From Pavona decussata (taxonomy: Eukaryota), in assembly GCA_977016875.1 (NCBI GenBank), contig CDRNST010000027.1, positions 2,976,001-3,040,000 on the forward strand: 64,000 nucleotides of DNA. The letters run 5' to 3'. Under the pieces are notes generated by a model that was not told where the DNA came from, searched no databases, and was given only the letters and a program-made list of their open reading frames with translations. Within the stretch, counting starts at the first letter, position 1; every line of letters starts with the position of its first letter. Below are positions 14,662 through 28,300 of this stretch, piece by piece. Position numbers and translations under genes: made by a program.

Positions 14662-17600
14662 TCTAATTTTACACAGGTCACGACATGGAGTGTGATAAGA
14701 TAACTTTATTTGTAAAATATAATTTCAGTATTAACACAGTGGCACTGTCTGATAAGTCTTTTGTCTTCTCATCCACACCCAAATTATGGTCAATGGGGTG
14801 ACGCGGTTCACTGTTATAACTGTTTTTATGTTTTTCTATGAAGGTTTTGTTTTTCTGGTTTCATACATTACAGTTTAACAGGGAAGAAAAGTGAAAGCAA
14901 TTACGAAACGTTTGGATGCAGGAGACCACACGACGCAAAATAAACTGTTCTGAATACGTTCCGTTGCCGGATCTCTTGTAGTAGAAATGCACATGCCAGA
15001 CGTCACTTTACGTGTAAATAATGAAAGAGTGGTACGACATGTAAACTATAATAGTAAAACTAAAACCTTGGCTCAAATCATCTTAATCATTCAGATACCT
15101 CTAGCCCGACAGGTCCCCAAATAAAGACCGAGTCAATAATTCCCATAATCAACTAAAGAATACTTGAATACTCATAGATACTCGAGTTTCTTAGTTAGAG
15201 CCTAACACACAAACACCTGTTTCAGTTACACTTCCCACTTTTTATAAGCGCAGGGCTTTCAGCAGTACTTTCCTACTAGCACGGTTTTCAGTAACAGACT
15301 GTGACTATCTTGTACTGAAACTCGCACATGCGTAGTTTTAGTTTCTGGTTGCTAAGGTAGATAGCGGGGGTATATTCGTTCAAGAAGTAGTTGAACAAGA
15401 TGGCCGCCATAATGTGCTTAAGTCCCGAACTTAATCGTCCTTTGTACACGAATGAGCTAAGAATGCGCCATAAGATGTCGATGATATACGGTGATTTAGT
15501 TCGAGACTGCAAAGATACTGAGTTACGCATGAATATAAAAACTTACAGTGGATCGGCATCTTCGTTGTATCGATCTTGTTTAGAACCAGACCTACCAATA
15601 ACCAGAAGATATCTTCTTCTTTGTCCTTTCGATATCACAGTCACAGGGTTACAACGATAAAACGAAACGGGAACTAAGTGGAGAAATAACGCGGAAAATG
15701 AATGACCAGTTCACTGAGGTTTTCCCTTGACACTGAGCAGGCAAAATAACGCAATTTCTATTATTTGCTGAACGGAAGTACTTAGAATCGACCTTTATGC
15801 AAGACTGCGGCTATAAGATGTCGTTGATCGCGGTGGCGGATTCGAACTGCGAATACATTGATAAAAATATGAATGAAACCTATGGTGGAGCGACGTATTC
15901 CTTGAATCATGTTTTTTTTTAGAATCTGTCTAACTTATGACGCCATTTCTATTATTTACTGAACGGAAGCCTCACTGGCGTTTCAATTTCATCAGGCAAG
16001 AGGGCACCAGGCTTACTTCACCGGCTAATTTCTTTCTTTCTTTTTTGTTTTATTTCGTCGCTAGATTTTGAAATGAGGCCGGCTGAGCCTGGATGAAACG
16101 TCCTGCGTCATTTCTTGGTGATTTGAGCCTAGAACTCGTATAGTTCTTAAAGATGTTCTCAGAATTTACATAACAAAGTAACGGTATTTCAGGAAGGACA
16201 AGGTGGGCTTGAACAGGATGATGCCCGCAAAACCGGCTATCTAGTAACTGAGAACACGTACTCACAGTAATAAGAAACGCCTAATGGTCAACAAATGCCG
16301 TATTCTACTTGGAATTTTAGCCGCAACAGTGCGCTACCCGGCGATTTTACTCAGACCAAACTCTTGGTCATCTCAACACGGGCACGTTCGGATCATAGCC
16401 TCTGTTAAAAAATGCCTCAGGCTCAACGTATCGAATAATAAAAAAGCTTTTCATGAAAAGAATGATTGTGATAGGCTACAATTGCAATAAACTGTAAATT
16501 ATTGCTCAATATTTTTCATTTGAACACTCACATGTACAAACAAGAGTTTCAATAGAAACATTTAGTCAAAACTGCGGAGATGAATAGAAAAGCATTGTAC
16601 ACGCCATACTTTCACGATTCACGTATCGTGCAAAGTCTGTGACTACAGAAAAGCTGACTACAGGTAAGTACTGCTCAGAATAACTTCAGTTAGACGTTAT
16701 TTGAACCACAGATTGAAAATTTAGAAGTCTTTTGTACAGCAAATGCTAAGAAATTCCAACAGGAAAACATTCAAAACGTTAAAAAACCACGCACCTCTTC
16801 AGTGGACCACTCAAGCTTGACTTTAGTTCCCTTCTGAAAGTGGCGATCGTTCACTGCGATCATACACTCCGAATAAAGGCTTCCTCTGTTAAAAATGGGT
16901 CGTATAATAAAATATTAATAAGATGTTCATAAAATTAATTCGCAAATGAGTGTTTTTGTCGTTAACTGCTCACTGAAAATTTGGAATAAATTAAATAATA
17001 ATCACGCTTAAAATTCAGTTGAATAAGTGAGCTCACGTTTTTTATTTGTGCACTTGAACCACTTTGACCGCCCTTATTTAAAGATTTAAAGATAACCATC
17101 AATTTTTTTTAAAATTATAAAGGTTCTAGCCTTTTCTGCTAATACGGACAACGATATCAGTCCGTGGCTTTCCTTTTAATGGTGTAACTGTGAATCAGTC
17201 GGTTCGTTTGCATGATGTTGAGTGGGTGCGAAACCGGCGCAGGTACCTCAAGACATACCTCAAGGCTAGTGCTTTGCAAACACTTTCCGTGTCTCGTCAA
17301 GACTGACATTTCAAAAAATTAACTTTTAATATATGTTAACTAGCATTTCTACGAAAATGTCATTACGACTTTATAAGTTCCTCAGCCAGCTTAGTCGCAT
17401 TAATCTCCAATGAACCCCAATACAGATGACGCCCACGGACGGTTCCGGCGAATTCTGACCAGTCTGTAGCAAACGGCTTTGTGATTCAACATGCCTTGAT
17501 CTGTCGTTTTTTTTTCAATGCAGAATGGTAGATTATTTTGGCGGTTTATAAGACAACAAATCTTAGTTTGAAATCGGCAGCCTACGAAATGACAATGTGT

Positions 17601-18149
17601 TATCAATTTATTTCATTGAATCTTGGACCTTTCTAGAGGATTAATTATTAGTTTACAATGTAAACCTCTGACCCATCTTGAGAATATAGAGTAATCGGAC
17701 CCGGTGACAGTCTTTCAATCATTTGGACACTAGTTTCTTGGACTGAAGGCTTGAATCCCGAAGAAAACTGTAAAAAAGACCTCCACTGAAAAGTTATCGC
17801 TTATCAACCTTTAGCATCAGTACAAATTGTCGACAAAAAGATAAAGCAAAGAAACACATTCAGTGATAGCGATCCAACTCCACGGTCAGCTCTACTGATT
17901 CCAGAAGAGCATATTGCTCAGTGAAGTGCAATTCTTGCAACTAAAATACGTTATTTTTCTAAACAAATTTTAAGATGTCGTGGACCGCATATAACCTGCT
18001 CAATCATTTACCTTGGAAAAAATATTTCCTGTGATAAAATAATTGAAACAAAACCTTTAATTTGAAAATTCGTTTATCATGACCTTTAGGTCTCTTAGGA
18101 CAAAGCAGGCACGTATCACACCACACAGCGAAACGTGCAACAGTACATT

Positions 18150-18962
18150 CATCGAAATAATTCATATGACACACGCTAAGCACAGTTTATCCAAAAGATT
18201 TGTCCGTTTTCAGAACAAAAAAATAATAACAAGAATAAAAGAAAAATCTAGGCTAACAGTTTGCGTGGTGTGTTCGCGTGTGAAGTTAATTTTAGATTGG
18301 GAGGAGTTTTTCTATTTTTTTACGAACTCTCTATTACGGACACTAAATTGTTATCTCACAGGTAAAGGAGATTGGGTTTAAATTTTTACCCTGGCAGTTT
18401 TGGCGGATCGGTTACTTGATTTGGACACTGCCGCCGAAAAGACCTTCTTTTCCTAACACTTTAAAGGAGGGCATCGAAATAATTCATATGACACACGCTA
18501 AGCACAGTTTATCCAAAAGATTTGTCCGTTTTCAGAACAAAAAAATAATAACAAGAATAAAAGAAAAATCTAGGCTAACAGTTTGCGTGGTGTGTTCGCG
18601 TGTGAAGTTAATTTTAGATTGGGAGGAGTTTTTCTATTTTGTGCCATTCAACACGGTGTTGTCTGCAATAGATAGGCCTGAATTTTAAATTATCTTTCGT
18701 GTTGTTGTAGGACGGCATTGTCTCAATTTTTATACGGTAGTAAAGTAGTGAACTCTAATCTTGATGAGAAGAACTGATTACTGAGAACAACCCCTGCTTA
18801 ATTTTTTTACGAACTCTCTATTACGGACACTAAATTGTTATCTCACAGGTAAAGGAGATTGGGTTTAAATTTTTACCCTGGCAGTTTTGGCGGATCGGTT
18901 ACTTGATTTGGACACTGCCGCCGAAAAGACCTTCTTTTCCTAACACTTTAAAGGAGGGCATT
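18150..18962. repeat. Recent tandem duplication; first copy lacks ~160 bp
   Basis: catcgaaataattcatatgacac at 18150 and 18472; copies look identical except ~18640-18800 is present only in the second. Confidence 0.9.
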
Positions 18963-19520
18963 GCTATGTCAGATGGCTTGCCTACTGTTTGTTCATTCTT
19001 TCGTTTTTCGTAATGTCCCCCGCTTGGTCTGAATAGGCAATCCAAACGACAAAAGGAAAACGTCAAAATTTTCACTTTGATAGGAACTGTGCATGAGACA
19101 TTGTCAACAGCTACAAGGTTGAAAACGTTTATTTCAAATAAAAAGACTGGTCATTTCATCAATTTTGTCTTAGAGATTCTTAACTATTTTCATTCTCAAT
19201 TATCAATATTCTCAAAATATTTACATCTTATTGTTAAATTTGCAAAATTCTGTGGCGTTCATTACTGCCCAAAACACGCTTTTTTAAAATCTCTTTTACC
19301 AATATTCCAGCATGGTAAAGCCAGGGTGAAAAATCATTAGCTGAAGTTAAGAATAGCGTCTGTATTTACAAAAGCCTACCCTGAAACAAACAAACCCTTT
19401 TTGAAGGTTTGTTTACCCACACATAGCATAAAAAAATATAATTGCGTGCTTCAACGATAAAAATTCTCTTCATGTCAAATAGATTAGAACTAAATAAAGT
19501 CGTCGTTTGGTAACACTGAG

Positions 19521-20099
19521 TTAAGCAGCGTTTTGACTGTTTAAAAAGCGTTCTAAAATAACTGCTTTCGTCGAGAGAAGATCATAGTCCATTTCCTCTT
19601 GCTGAATATGCCTTCTAATCTCAGCGGAATGTCCATCTTCAGGATATTTTCTTGGGTGAAAATCCCAGCTGTTGAGCCTTGGAAAACTTTCGGCCTTAGA
19701 GATCATCGGATGCGAAAAAGTCTGTCTAAGCTGATTGTGTTTCAGTAATCGAGGATTTGACCTTGGACTACCAGTTCTGACATTTTCTTCAGCTATTAGT
19801 TCTCTGTTGTTCACGTTCGGAAGCTTAGATGCATCTTCAGATTTTCTTCTCCCTTCAAGGGCTGATCTGATCAGTTGCATTCTTCTTCGGTTGGAAGGTG
19901 ACCCACTAAGCTCTACAATCTCGGTTTTTCCCAGTTGTGATGGCGAAAATACCGGCGAAATAACTCTTGTCAGTCTGTCACAGTTCTCAGGCAACGAAGG
20001 TAAATGCTGAGATAACGGCAAACTTGATCTTCTTGAAGACGAAATATCCGGGCAAAAATCGTCGAAAAGAGCCGGTGTATACGGTCTATGGTTCCTCAT
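19521..20099 (-). CDS. Orphan Ser/Arg-rich protein, type A (192 aa)
   Basis: ATG-to-stop ORF; C-terminus HIQQEEMDYDLLSTKAVILERFLNSQN aligns with the ORFs at 40502 and 54137; AATAAA downstream at 19133-19128. Confidence 0.8.
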   Translation of the reverse strand: MRNHRPYTPALFDDFCPDISSSRRSSLPLSQHLPSLPENCDRLTRVISPVFSPSQLGKTEIVELSGSPSNRRRMQLIRSALEGRRKSEDASKLPNVNNRELIAEENVRTGSPRSNPRLLKHNQLRQTFSHPMISKAESFPRLNSWDFHPRKYPEDGHSAEIRRHIQQEEMDYDLLSTKAVILERFLNSQNAA

Positions 20100-22899
20100 A
20101 ACGTTTTTCTTTGAACTAAAAACTCTTATACGCAGGACGAGTTAATATCACACAGGGTCCTGTTATCTGAGAAGGAGGGGGTGAATGAAAAATATTTTAA
20201 GCGGACTTTAGTCTGTGTATGTGTACGTGTGTATCACAAGTCACGACTAGAAACAATTACTGATGTTCCAATGGCATGTGCCACTCAAAATACGCTTTTG
20301 TCTTACGATAAGGGTCAGTGCGAAGGGGTTGCTTTACCATTGTTTTATTGACCCCAAACAGATTAAAAGCGATACCTCAATGCAATGGTTGAATTCCAGC
20401 TACGGCTCAATGAAGCTTTTCTTTCGGCGACAACTGCAAGTGCATGCTCTAACACACACATTGTTAGAGAAAGTTCGGTTTTCTTTAAAAAAACGTGCGT
20501 CTTACTCTACCTTTAACCTCGAATCCATCGCATGCTCTACTCACCGGCTACCTTCTGAAAGGAAATATTTGTGCATGCGCTATACCAGTGGCGTTTCAGC
20601 TGATTTATTTTATTAAAACAAATAACCTTTAGTTTAGTATCAAGTTGCACGTGAGCTTGCTATTCGCTATGAGGTGAAGGCGCGTGAATTGCCGCACGCG
20701 TGACCGCCTAGCCATTCCATTTTGTGCGTGAGAATACTGGTCACGGTCGGATGGTGCAGCCACGTAAGAGGAGTTGTTTGACGTGCACTTACACGATAGA
20801 CGTGTTAGTAAGATAGCTTGTGTATCAGCAAGGGCGGTTATAGCTAAAATAGCTCGTGACAGATTTGAAAGAGCGGCTGTCTATCCGACTGTTATCTATT
20901 TCTTTTCCTTGGCGCTGAAGAAGATTTTGTGCCAAAAATGAGACAATTATCTTTTTTCAACTATACTGCGGACAAAAATCAATGGAAGCTACGATTAATT
21001 CAATTTTCTTCCCAAAGTTTTATGACATCTTTTATCAGTCTGACGACATCATGAAGACCAATTTAACCTTCTTTTTCTGATATGCAGTTCCTTCCGGGTA
21101 AATTGACTTTCCGACGCACGTTCTAGACAGATTTTTACAGCCATGTATATTTTCATGAGGTAAATAAAAGACGGCTGATATTTATCCAAATTATTCAATG
21201 ACATAGTTATTTAATTAGACAACCACAATCAAGGAATGTGCGCATGTCCAATGCTGAATTGGATAAGGGTAACGCGGGCTCTGGGAACGAGATTGGACCT
21301 CCGGATGCACGCGAGTTGCTGCAACGGAGTCATGACTTTTGTTTCTCACAAACTTAACCTTTTAACAGTTGGCTTATTGTGAAGTTTTGACAATCTCGCA
21401 ATTATAAATTTAGTTAGTAATGGAGTTTCAGATAAGATTGCGTCTTCGTTCCCTGTGGTTGCCGATGACTTATTATGCACTGAGACAAAACGCAACCGCA
21501 GGCACGGGAAGACATAACACTGCCTTTCCGTCTCTTTGTTCCAATGCGAAAAATTTGCCACGACACTGAAAATACCAAGTGCTACAAGTGGTGGCAATGG
21601 TTGCAGCCCCTCCAATGTTTTTTTTCCTAGCTGTCTCATAATTACAATATTCTGAACAGCGCGGTTTTTCGTTACTGAGATACCTTGTGATGTCCTTTGT
21701 AAGATGAGGCTAGTTTTATGGGTTATAGGGCTCCTCAGTGGAGATCCGTGACTTTGTCCAAGATGGCCTCCATACTGGAGAACGGAAATTTGCAAATTTT
21801 TGGTCAATAGACATGAAGCATATATTAATTTATCCACAGGTTTTGGAAAGTCCCTGATATGTAGAGAACCGTCACACCATTATTTGTACCTCAGTAAAAC
21901 AGTAGTAATTAACTTGCCATGGCTCATGATACATTAAAGCGGTCTCGTCGCTTGACCGTTTGGCAGTCACTTTCACGTTTCCCTTCATCGCAACACTGAT
22001 AAAAGTTAGTCCTTGCAAATCCGATAACACCCAAAGATAGCTTTGCCCTTCTCGTTCTTCTGGAAGGGTCTTTTCCAGAGGCATGCAGCTAAAACTAGAG
22101 ACGAGTTTTCACATCCTGGTACTTTGTTGTGGGAAGGGGGGGATGTTGCAACGATCTCGCCAATATTATAGACGATTTAGTGGCTGCTAATTCTATTTGC
22201 AGCGCAGGCTTCGCTTATTCCGTTCGTTAGTTTTTCGTAAACTTTTGCAGCCAGCAGGTAACTTACTTACAAAAGAGACGTCTCTCTTGCAGCTGGATCT
22301 TCGTGGGTCTCTTTTGCTGTTATGGCCTGTTGCTAACGGCCAAAAGTATAACCGACGGTCAATTGCTCTAAAGAAATCCTTCTCTCAGATTTGCCGATAA
22401 ATTCCATCGGTTTTTTTTTTACACTGTACTTACTTACTGTACTTAACATGTACTTACACTCGTGGTCTTATGCGCCCTCTCTCGCGCAAGATTACTCACA
22501 GTTCCACTTGTTTCAGAAGTCTTGACAAAATGACAAATCAGTGACGAATAGCGAGGCGAATTGATGATAACATCTGCTGCCTCTTACAGGTCCTGGAAAT
22601 GCCCAAAAAGATTTCAATAACTACTGCAAGCTTCTAGAAATGAGGCCTCTGAAGTCCATAAATCAAATATACGCCCACCGTATAACTCTTTTGTCGGTTT
22701 CATTTAATGACAAGAAAACCCTCTTTCTTATCTCACGTGTCGTGCTTCCGTTTACGGCGGCCTTCAGTCGCTTTGTGTTCTGAAACTACTGTACTGATGA
22801 CTCAGTAGATTTTTAAGTCGGCCTTGCTTGCCAGCAATCTTAATTTCTCATGGCTTATAGGCTATCCTTCCCTCTATACATTGTAATAACGAGAGAGAT

Positions 22900-23030
22900 G
22901 AAAACCTCGGTTAAATTTTAATCGTGGATTAGCATTAATCAGCTTTTCACCAACTGTGCCCTAGGCCTGTTTGTTCGAAAGCTAAGCCGATTTTAAAACT
23001 AATCCACGATTAAAAGTTATCCGAGGTTTT
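22900..23030. repeat. Back-to-back MITE halves forming an inverted repeat
   Basis: aaaacctcggttaaattttaatcgtggattag ... ctaatccacgattaaaagttatccgaggtttt. Confidence 0.55.
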
Positions 23031-23326
23031 ATTCTCGTCCATTGAAAATGTTTGTAAAAGCTAACTTTAAGTTAAAGTTAAAGAAAAACTGAGGGATAAG
23101 AATTTTTTCCAAAATTTTTTTTTATCGATTAGTAAATAAACTGGAATCAAAGTTTGTACTAAATTTGAACTTGAAAGGTAACTCGAAAATGGCCTACAGT
23201 ATAAATTGTTCTCGTTAACATTTAGTTTTCCTTATTTCTATGTTTTATAGACACGTGCAACTCGCTGGAACACAGATCCTTATCCCAGTATCCGAACTTA
23301 GTAAGTGGGCCGAGCGACCGTTTCTC

Positions 23327-23466
23327 TAGCCTGCGAGGAAGCTGCCTGTTAGGTCTGTTGGTTTCTCTGTGTTGTTTGCGAGCCACAAGAGGATTGGGGC
23401 GGGGGCCCACGGTCTGGAGGACAATCCTCTCGCGGCTGACCTAACAAAGAGTTTGCTCGCAGGCTA
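23327..23466. mobile_element. MITE with TAGCCTGCGAG termini
   Basis: tagcctgcgag ... ctcgcaggcta TIRs; degenerate 9-bp flanks ccgtttctc / ccttttccc. Confidence 0.65.
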
Positions 23467-24756
23467 CCTTTTCCCCGCCAGGATGTGTTTGATGTCGGAG
23501 AAGCTTGCCACCTGTTGAGGAGCTTGGCTTGAAGTCTACCCTGAATACCTTGCAACAAGAATGGAAATAAAATTACGACGATTTTCGCCCAAAGAACGTG
23601 CATATTAAACGTGTTATGGAAGACTGTTTTGATCTAGATTTGGATTGAGCCAGTATCTGGAGCCGTGATAATTTGGAGTCAAAACTGCCAAAAGTCGGGT
23701 CCGAAAGCCTCAAACAGATTGCGTGGCACCAGGTTTAACTTGTGAAAGTTAATTCAAAGCACTAATCTATCAGCCACGCCTTTGCTGTTGTTTCTGATCT
23801 AGAATTTGTGATTAACTATCCACCGAGCGTGACTAACTCACCAATAACACAACTAACAAAAATAGTACTCAACTCAACTCAAAATATCTCTCGACTTCCT
23901 TCTTATTTTAGCATCAAATAAAAGCATTTTCACTTACTGCGAATGTAACTGGTTTGTATTTTTAGATCGAACAAGATAAGATAAGAAACATTTATATAAG
24001 ATAAGAAACCTTGAAGAAATCGAAAGCACACAAGCCGTCCTGAGATGAAAGCAAAATTTCCATGTCATGAAAGAAAACCGTTGGGGCAGGGAAATCGAGC
24101 CATAAACACAGTTCTAAAATACTGGATCAGTAACAAGTTTCAAATTGTCAATTTGCTTAAGACAATTTAAAGTTGAATCCCAAATTGTTAGTACACCGAT
24201 ACAGGCATTTCAATAAACAGTTAAACAGTCTGATGATACATAAATGTAATGCTTTTTTGTTTATTGCATTGGACAATTATTTACATAGACTGTAATAGTA
24301 AAAATGCAAATAAATACATAAATTGCAAGGGAAATATAGACGTTAATTAAACTAATTAATTAATGTTTTGACTGATAACGTCAATCCTTTTCATTTATCT
24401 TTTACTGTAATAAGAACTGGAAAAAGGCCACAGCTTACTGCGTTTTTCATCACGAAACTACGATCTCATTTTATTTTGATCAAAATCAGGAATGACGTCA
24501 GCGCAGCTAGTCAAACTCCTAAAATACTTCCTCGATATTACACTCTTCAAGAATAAAGCAGTCCTTGTATTTCACACTTCATTGTTGATCTTTACATTAC
24601 ACTGCTTTCAGAGGCCTTCTGTGCTCAGCTTCAACATTTAGTGATTGGTATGTCGCGCACCAAGGATGTTTCATTACATAGTTAGATGCTTGACTGATTG
24701 CCTTTGAACCCGTTGCCAAATTAATCTTGCGTCATGGGCTCGATCTTGGATCAAAA

Positions 24757-25385
24757 TTATTTACCAGTTGGCAATTCATCCCGTTGATGTAGTTGAATCG
24801 ATGGCCGTATCCATGACGTTTTTCTAGTTCTTTGCTTGTTTATTTCACTGTCCGATAAGCTGGCATTTATCGCCGAACAAGCTGAATGCGAGCTCCGACG
24901 AGGTTTTTCAGCGCAAGGCATTGCAGGCAAATAGATGCCCTCTTGTCTTGTTTGTTTTGTTTCCGCATTGAGGGCTGAATGCGAGCGAGAACGGCGATCA
25001 GCGGATAAATCTGCAGGTAACTCAAGATAAATCATTTGGCCAGTTGTCAAAGGACGATTACACGGTGGTAAGGTTGGAAGGTGATGAGTTGTGGCTAGCT
25101 GACTCGGACACTTTACCTTACTGTGATCGCTTCTTTTACAAGTTTCAGCAGAATTCATCAGCTCTCGAAGCTTTTTGCTTCTCCTCGACATGAGCAACTG
25201 CTCGGAATCCAATCCTCTTAGAGGATTGGATTCCGAGCAAGTCTTACAACAACGCTCTCATCCTTACCAAGTTTGTGGTATTTTAGATTCAAAAGGCGGT
25301 CTTGGAAAGAATTCTGTATGGGGATGTTGTTCCAAATTTCTTGTTCAAAGTACTTGGTCGCAGCTCTCCGTTTGGCTTCATTCAT
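24757..25385 (-). pseudogene. Orphan type B gene (CCDC190-like N-terminal coiled-coil) disrupted by a 26-nt insertion; 200 aa if repaired
   Basis: ATG 25385 (MNEAKRR...VVVRL) and ORF 25212-24757 (LDSEQLLMSRR...) join in frame when 25213-25238 is removed; the repaired motif has the same N-to-EQ spacing as the 57210 ORF. Confidence 0.7.
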
Positions 25386-28300
25386 TTTCAAATTCTGTAG
25401 CTTGTGTTTACAACGGGTAACGTTTAGATAACCTTTGGTGACATTTCTCCGTGACTGTTTAAACCTGCGAGCTTTTCGTGCAAACAATATTTGCAGTGGT
25501 ATGTACAAGAGCTCCCTTTGCATTTAAACAATAAAACCGGAACTATAGTACAGTTACCAACGTCACAATTCTGACGTCATAAGCTTGTGTCACGGTGCAG
25601 TTCCACCCAGCCGCAAGGCGTGCATGCAATTCTGCGCAGAGCAAAATTTGTAATTTCTTAAAATAGTTAGGTTCGAAAGACCGAGAAGAGGCATTCCTAG
25701 ACAGAAAATGTTTTAGTTTAGGAATCCTTCAATTGTTTTTGTTTTGTTTATATTTGTTATTAAAATTTTAAGTAAACGTCGCATTCACAGTTTGATCTGA
25801 TAACAAGACATTAAATTTCCATCCATGTGTAACTACGAATCAGTTGAACATTTGCGTCAACAAAAACCTATTAGCATACCGTCTGAGAACATTTTTTTGG
25901 TGTTTTCGTTGGCTAAACGAACGCAAAGATATATTTTTTAACTGAAAAGAATTTGGCTTTGTAATTCATGCAAGGTAAATTCCACTGATTCATAGGCAGA
26001 GAAAGTTAGAAGCGTTCCAATCTAACAATCTCTAATAAAGTTGAAACCTTTCTACACTACATTACTACATACAGGGTACTGTTTATAGTGTTGCACAGTC
26101 CTAATCCATGACGATTTACTTAATTGCTTAATTTCTTATAAGAGAAAGATTTAAGATTTATGTACTGTAGTCAAAAGCAATCAAGACAAACTTTAAAAGA
26201 ATGGGATAATTAAAAAAATAATAGCTTTAGCTAAACAAGCGCCCTGAGCAAAATATTTTGAAAGAAAAATATTTGGATACGATTAAAGTAGCAAGATTTA
26301 ATTTCCACGATCTTTTCTGCCAGTAATTTGATAGTGCACTTTCTTTTCTTTACTCCTGATAGCACCCAATTTAAAATTTAACCAAAAATATCCAAAATTT
26401 GACTTTCTGATTTCAGACAACTCCAATCAGCATGGGAGAAAAAAATCCTCCTGTGCGAAGCTCGACAGCATTATTCTTAGTTGCAATACTAATAGGGATT
26501 AACGTCAACACTTTTGAATCACATTTGCTTCAGTCAGTAACTCAAATAATAAAACGGTTAAAGGTTACAACCCCTCCAAAATTCATCGACAGTATTTTTC
26601 TCATGCTTGGCTGTTCAAGCGTTATTTTTGTCGCATGATATTTTACAGCTTCCATACGGCCAGGGAAATGACGTCAAACTACGTTTTTCTAAATAAGACT
26701 CGGGATTCCAGAGGTTGTAAGATTACAATGACTGTCTCCAAGTTTACAGATTTTTGTTGGTTAAATAAAGACGAGTTTCTGTCTTCGTTTGTGTAGTTTA
26801 AAATCGTGTTTTCAGTGTCGTCACCGTACAACTTTGTGTTCTATCGATGCGTACGAACCTATTCGTACTTCCGTACGAATCTATACGAACTTCACACGAA
26901 CCCACTCGAGCCTTGTGCTACGTACTCGAGATATTTCCGAATAGATGCACGTAATCACCCAACGTCACGGACCTTTCGCAATCCTTAAACTGGACTTCCG
27001 GCCATAAAACGTTTCTTGGAAACTGACAAACAAACCTGAGTCCAAGCCGAGCTACGTGCTTGGGGAAGTAGATTATTTCAAATTAATTTTAAAAAGAATC
27101 TGATGTTGGTCAGTAAGAAAACGTACGTTGACTAGTTGCATGATTGTTTATGCTTGACGGAATAATTCGAGTGTAAGGATATACCACCCACGTTATCATG
27201 GTCAATTTATTGATTTCGTTTATCGTCAAGTTAACACTGAATGCCACTGTCATCATTATCCGTCGGGCTAGCTTTCATCGAACGAAAACCGCAGACTATT
27301 TGTCTTCTAATGGCGTGCGTTTTTCATGTGAAAAAACGCTTTAAGTAAAAATATTTAACTCGGATTTTGATACACGTTATGCTGACTCATTTATACTGTG
27401 AGTTCGACGGATTAAAATGCACGAGCACACTTTACATTATTTGCACTCCGCCAAAAACGCGTATGAGACATGTCAGTAACACGGGGAGTGCTTGCGCAAT
27501 CTCCCAAGCCAGAGGCTCATGTTCAAAGTGCTTGAAAATACAAATCGTATGCTAAGAGTGTCTTGAAAAGTCAAGAGTACGTAAGTTAGTTTAACTAAAT
27601 AACCTACGTATGTTTTTCGTCGCTTTAGCAAACACAGGTGACATCCTTATATGCTTCGTGTTCGATTGCTGATGAAGACGATTTGAGAATAATCGGACGG
27701 ATAAGCTGTTGTATACAGACTGGCTTAACCGACAGCCGGAATCAGAGCAAAGAACAGTCTACTCCAGTTTAAAAAAGTACACCAGCCCTTGGTATCCTTA
27801 ATATGACGTTCGACGAGGTTCCCGGCATAGTAGTTCACAGCGCAAGAGAAAAACAGTTATTCAGTTTGTATAATGGGAAATTAGGGAATGCACCCGTGGT
27901 AAGCAAAGTAGAAATAACACAAATCAATGCCGGGTATAAACGGTACAAAATATTGTTAGTTATTTTAGAGGAAGAAGGAGGAGACTACCCGAAGTTTTCA
28001 CCTTTCGCCAATCTGAAAGGTGTTCCAGTTTAACTTAGTGACTAAATCATCGATCCATTGCCAGTCCGACTATGAAGACTCTTATATAACTTTGAAGGAA
28101 ATGATAGAAGACAAATCAGTTTCAAACAAAGCCAACTGACACTGAAGTGACTTCGTCACTGTCCGTACGTTTTAATTTCCCGCTATTCTTAGTTGAGGTG
28201 GCAAATAAAGACTGGCGTTAAACTGATTACAGTACATCAGTGTTCACTGGCTAGCTTCTGATCCGAACAGTAATCCAGGATTTTGCAGAACCCAGGGAGA

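Larger units (their letters stand above)
11951..15070. repeat. Tandem array of about four ~720-790-bp units
   Basis: Anchor ttcgacaacg[t/c]agtctaattttac recurs at ~12085, 12808, 13598 and 14381; units highly similar with indels. Confidence 0.9.

Noticed and set aside
11951-15070. CRISPR-like array, or coding repeat (ORFs 12064 and 13629)
   Set aside because: Units are ~780 bp with no unique spacers, and the ORFs are not preserved between units.
18079-18688. Two near-identical ORFs (IEIIHMTHAKHSLSKRF...)
   Set aside because: By-product of the tandem duplication; no protein features.
21346-21837. 163-aa ORF
   Set aside because: No ATG start and no recognisable motif; lies among transposon-like fragments.
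22780-22810. CTGATGA near GAAA; similar isolated CTGANGA hits at ~27669, ~32538 and ~53408
   Set aside because: No stem II followed by GAAA, so not hammerheads.
23222-23603. Two GC-rich ORFs
   Set aside because: They run through a MITE (23327-23466) and give no convincing protein once it is removed.
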